Positions 59,865 to 64,000 of a stretch of 64,000 nucleotides of DNA are shown piece by piece. This stretch comes from Sphaerodactylus townsendi (lineage: Eukaryota), in contig NC_059428.1 in assembly GCF_021028975.2 (NCBI RefSeq), positions 8,122,001-8,186,000 of the forward strand, in the 5' to 3' direction. Each line of letters begins with the position of its first letter. Position 1 is the stretch's first letter. The translations under genes and the position numbers were made by a program. Below the pieces are notes generated by a model, which saw only the letters and a program-made list of their open reading frames with translations, did not search any database and was not told the origin of the DNA.

Positions 59865-60613
59865 TGTGAAAAAGGCAAACTCTATGCTGGGGATCATTAG
59901 GAAAGGAGTTGATAATAAAACTGCAAAGATTGTCATGCCCTTATATAAAGCAGTGGTGCGACCGCACTTGGAGGACTGTGTCCAGTTCTGGTCGCCACAT
60001 CTCAAAAAGGATATTGAGGAGATAGACAAAGTGCAGAGAAGGGCAACAAGGATGACTGAAGGATTGGAGCACCTTCCTTATGAGGAGAGGCTGCAGCGTT
60101 TGGGACTCTTTAGTTTGGAGAGGAGACGTCTGAGGGGGGATATGATTGAAGTCTATAAAATTATGCATGGATGGTAGAAAATGTTGACAGGGAGAAATAC
60201 ATTGAAAATACTAGAACCAGGGGGCATCCATTGAAAATGCTGGGGGGAAGAATTAGGACTAATAAAAGGAAACACTTCTTCAGGCAACGTGTGATTGGTG
60301 TTTGGAATATGCTGCCACAGGGCGTGGTGATGGCCACTAACCTGGATAGCTTTAAAAGGGGCTTGGACAGATTTATGGAGGAGAAGTCGATTTATGGCTA
60401 CCAATCTTGATCCTCTTTGATCTGAGATTGCAAATGCCTTAACAGACCAGGTGATCAGGAGCAACAGCCGCAGAAGGCCATTGCGTTCACATCCTACATG
60501 TGAGCTCCCAAAGGCACCTGGTGGGCCACTGCGAGTAGCAGAGAGCTGGACTAGATGGACTTTGGTCTGATCCAGCTGGCTTGTTCTTATGTTCTTATGT
60601 TCTTATGTTCTTA
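59865..60613 (+). mobile_element. CR1 LINE 3' fragment
   Basis: [30 protein letters not shown]; (TTCTTATG)n tail. Confidence 0.92.
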
Positions 60614-61699
60614 TTCTGAGTTATGCATTTTAACTATTTATCACTTATGTATTGTGCACATTGTTTTAGTTGTGGTTTTGTTGTACACCGCCCAGAGCCC
60701 TTCGGGGGTGGGCAGTTTATCAAATTTAATAAACAACAACAACAACTTGCATTTCGGAACTCAGTGGTGGATGTGCCTGTGTTTTTGCACCTGGAAAAGA
60801 AGAACTGTGTGAATGCCCTCTGGCCCCCCTCACACCCAGGATCCTGGCAGGATGTGTGCCCCCCCCCCCCGCCAGCCCTTTCCGGCAGACCCCCTTCCTG
60901 TGTAGCCACATTTAGATCCAGAGAGAGGTTGCTGCTCCTGCAGTTGGAGGCTCTATGGGCTGAATTCTGTCCAGGGCCAAACAGACCTGGGCAAAAGGTC
61001 CTGCTGTCTCCAGCCAATGAGCTCAGAGGGCAAGAAGAGTCGCTGGCCACCTGCGGCCCACCCTGGCTGGCTGTCCTCAGGGTGGGATCCCAGCACAAGG
61101 TTCACTGGGGCATCCCCCTTTAGGGAGGCTGGTGGTGGGATTTCCTCCCGCAGGCTCAGCAGAGTTCATATCCTTTCATATGAGGCTTTCCTGGAGGAAA
61201 TGGGAGCTTTGGAGGGTGGGCTGTATGGTTTTGTCCCTTGCTGAAGCCCCTCCCCTCCCCAAACCCCGCCTCCCACAGGCTCCGCCCCCACACCCCCAGC
61301 TGTTCCTGGAGCTGCAACCTCAGCATTAGTTCTGCCCCCTCCTGCTGCTGCAAGGCCCTTTGGGACTCCCGTGGGCTCCTGGCACGGGGCTGCTGTCGTG
61401 TCGGAATATTTCCGGCATGTCCCAGAGACATCCTCGCCCTCCGCCTTCTTGCCCCCTTGTGCCCCTGTGCTTTTCCCGGCCTGGGTTGACCGCTGGTCCC
61501 GGGCAGGTTGGGTCCACTCTCCTCCTGCGGCTGGAGCAGAAGTCCTGCTGAGTCCTGCCCAGAACCTGGAGGAGAAGAAAGGGGGGCTTTGCTGGAGGAA
61601 CTCAACCTCGTGGGCCGGTTTTGAACCTCTCCAGCTTATGAGCTGGTTTTGTATTGATCTTTTCCTCTTTGAGAGGGAGTTTCAGGCAATTCCCGGGAA

Positions 61700-62395
61700 A
61701 CAATCCACATGAGAAACAGGCAACCTAGAAAAGCTTGATAAAACCTGGAAGATATATATATAGACTATAAGAAAAATTGTAATAAATAGGTTTTTTTGTC
61801 GTTATAGTAGATTATGTTACACGGTTGGTATTTTATAATTAGTGCATACTAAGAGACTAGGTACAATAGAGTATCTTATGTTATGTTATGTATTACTCTC
61901 ACGAGTTAGAACATCTAATCTGTATAGTTGTCGTACTTTTTTAAAAATAACTCTGAAGATGGGAAACTCCTCTTCATCTCTTATGAAGATCAGAAGTAAA
62001 ATGTTATTAACCAGTTAAATCTTTATGTTTAGATAACTTCTTCTGTCACCTTTTTCCTTCTCTCCCCCTTTCCCCTATCCCTCACCTCTATACATCTTTC
62101 TTCTTTTTTGCTTCCCTCTCTTATCCTTTCTTGTTACTTTCTCATATCCTATCTCCAATCTTTTCCTATAATCAATGGAAATACAAGTCCCCTCTTGCCT
62201 CTAAACTTTTACTCTTGTTTCCTCTTTCTCTCTTACTCTTACTCTCTTCTCTGCTTTCTACTCTCTGTTTCATCATTATCTGCTCTTTTTTTCTGTTGTG
62301 TTTTGTTCCCAAATGACAAGTTATGCTAAATGGATGTAATAATTTCTATATATTTTAAACCTAATAAAATTATTTATAAAAAAGAAAGAAAGAGA
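61700..62395 (+). mobile_element. Probable L1 3' UTR with A-rich tail
   Basis: AT/pyrimidine-rich stretch ending aataaaattatttataaaaaagaaagaaag. Confidence 0.5.
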
Positions 62396-63845
62396 AACAG
62401 GCGTTCCACAGGGGCCACGGCTCAGTGGCATGGAGAGGAAAGACTTTTCATCAAGGCTTGCCCCGAGGTCAGTTAAGTGGCTCCACCCCCCACCCCAATC
62501 ATCTTTGGGGGCAGGGGAGGCCTTCCTCACAGACCTGCCCCGGGACCTCGAACCACCTCTTCTTCGGGCCTTCTCTCAACCTTCACAGGCCAAGTTTTGG
62601 GCTGCCCCCGCCTTCTTTTCCTTCAGGTAAATAATTAATAACACCTCTGGGGACTGGGAGGTATCTGGGGGCTTCAGGATAGGAGCATCAGCAGGGCCTG
62701 GATTTTGCAGTAGATCCCAACCCTGTGTGCAAGTCTTTTGATGAGAGGATTGTGTGTTGGGGGGGGGAGTGCAGCTGTGACCTCGTCCTTGTCCCCACAG
62801 TGATGCTGAGGGTGGCCAGCTTCACAATGGGGAATTCCAGGTGATTTGGGGGTGGAGACCAGGGCTGGCGGAGTTTGGGGAGGGGAGGTAGGTCAGCAGG
62901 GCTGTGAAACCCTCTGAAACGACCTTTTCCTTCTGAGGAAGTGATCCGTATCTTCTGAAGAGCAGTTAGAATTAGAGTTGCCCAATTCAGCCTGGGAAAT
63001 TCCAGGAGATTTTGGGGTGTTGCCTGTGGTGGAGGGGAATTTGGGGAGGGGCTTCGCCTAGCATCTGTGGCATACCATCGAGCAGGGGTCTTCAAACTAT
63101 GGCCCTCCAGATGTTCATAGACTACAATTCCCATGAGCCCTACCACTTGGCCATGCTGGCAGGGGCTGATGGGAACTGTAGTCCATGAGCATCTGGAGGG
63201 CCATAGTTTGAAGACCCCTGCCATAGACAGTCTGCTCTCCGATGCTGCCATTTCCTCCAGAACGGACCTCTGCTTTTTGCAGATCCACTGTAATTCCATG
63301 GTCCACCTTGATTTTGGCAACCCTAGCATCTTTGAGTGATGGTGGAGGGATGGCCAACCTTGATTTTTTTGGGGGGGAGGAGGTTTGAAAGGTTGCAGGA
63401 GCGGTACTTTATATCAGGACCATATTTCATCAGCCCCTGCCAGCATGGGCAATTGGCAGGGGCTGATGGGAATTGTAGTCCATAACATCTGGAGTGCCAA
63501 AGGTTCGCCACCACGGCCCTAGAGGGATTTCCCAGCAGTGGTCCCTGGTTCTCTGTGAGGTCAGCAGTGATGCTGCAGCCCCTGCAGGAGCACAGAGAGG
63601 AAAGGACAGGTCAGCAGCAGCAGCAGAGGGCAGAGGAGGACCATGAAGGAACTTGCCAGGTTGTGAGTGGGCAGACAAGAAGGGCACCATCTCACTGGCA
63701 CTCTGGCCTTGGCTAGTGTTGAGACCCAGTGGCCCCTGGCAACCGCTCACCCACCCACCCACAGGGGGAGAAGAGCCCTTCCCGGATTCTCCTTGGACCT
63801 CTGCTCCTCCGGACGGCACCACCACCAGCAGGCCTCTGAGCAGCC

Positions 63846-64000
63846 ATGGCGGAGAAAAAGAAGCCCCCGAAACGGAAAGCTGCCAACCTCCACGTCATCA
63901 AAGTGACGGTCAAGACCCTGAAGCGCAAGGAGCAGTTTGACGTCTCCGAGGAGACCCTGGTGCAGGACTTCAAGAGGCAGCTCTCCGAGCGCTTCAACAC
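63846..64000 (+). CDS. Ubiquilin-like protein 3, 5' part only (runs off window)
   Basis: gccATGG at 63846 translates to MAEKKKPPKRKAANLHVIKVTVKTLKRKEQFDVSEETLVQDFKRQLSERFN, matching the ubiquilin UBL start (KVTVKTPKEKEEF..VQQFKEEISKRF). Absent from the ORF track because no stop lies in the window. Confidence 0.9.
   Translation, partial: MAEKKKPPKRKAANLHVIKVTVKTLKRKEQFDVSEETLVQDFKRQLSERFN

Noticed and set aside
49423-64000. Assigning the symbols UBQLN3, UBQLN5 or UBQLNL, or specific OR symbols
   Set aside because: Orthology cannot be established without phylogenetic analysis.

Overview
Vertebrate nuclear DNA, most likely a squamate and probably a gecko (inferred from Squam3-like SINEs, CR1/L2/Rex-Babar/RTE LINEs, Penelope-like elements and hAT MITEs). 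The left ~46 kb is a class I olfactory receptor cluster with five single-exon OR51/OR52-type genes. Three are intact. Two carry clustered frameshifts that may be long-read consensus errors. The right ~15 kb holds a tandem array of at least three same-strand, GC/CpG-rich, divergent ubiquilin-like genes. The first two (49423-50928, 54514-55911) are complete intronless ORFs. The third starts at 63846, runs off the window and is missing from the ORF track. Both complete proteins have UBL and STI1-like segments but no in-frame UBA domain, and the first has a possible UBA vestige in the -1 frame. All three have a (T/C)GAGGTCA CRE-like motif 170-290 bp upstream. The layout resembles the mammalian OR51/OR52-UBQLN3/UBQLNL locus. 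Intergenic DNA is dense in transposons: a full-length chromodomain Gypsy element with TSD, two solo-LTR families with 4-bp TSDs, a non-autonomous Helitron, nested MITEs, and Penelope fragments with hammerhead-ribozyme-like cores. Two N gaps lie in a long polypyrimidine tract. Family assignments come from remembered motifs, not database searches, and repeat boundaries without TSDs are approximate.
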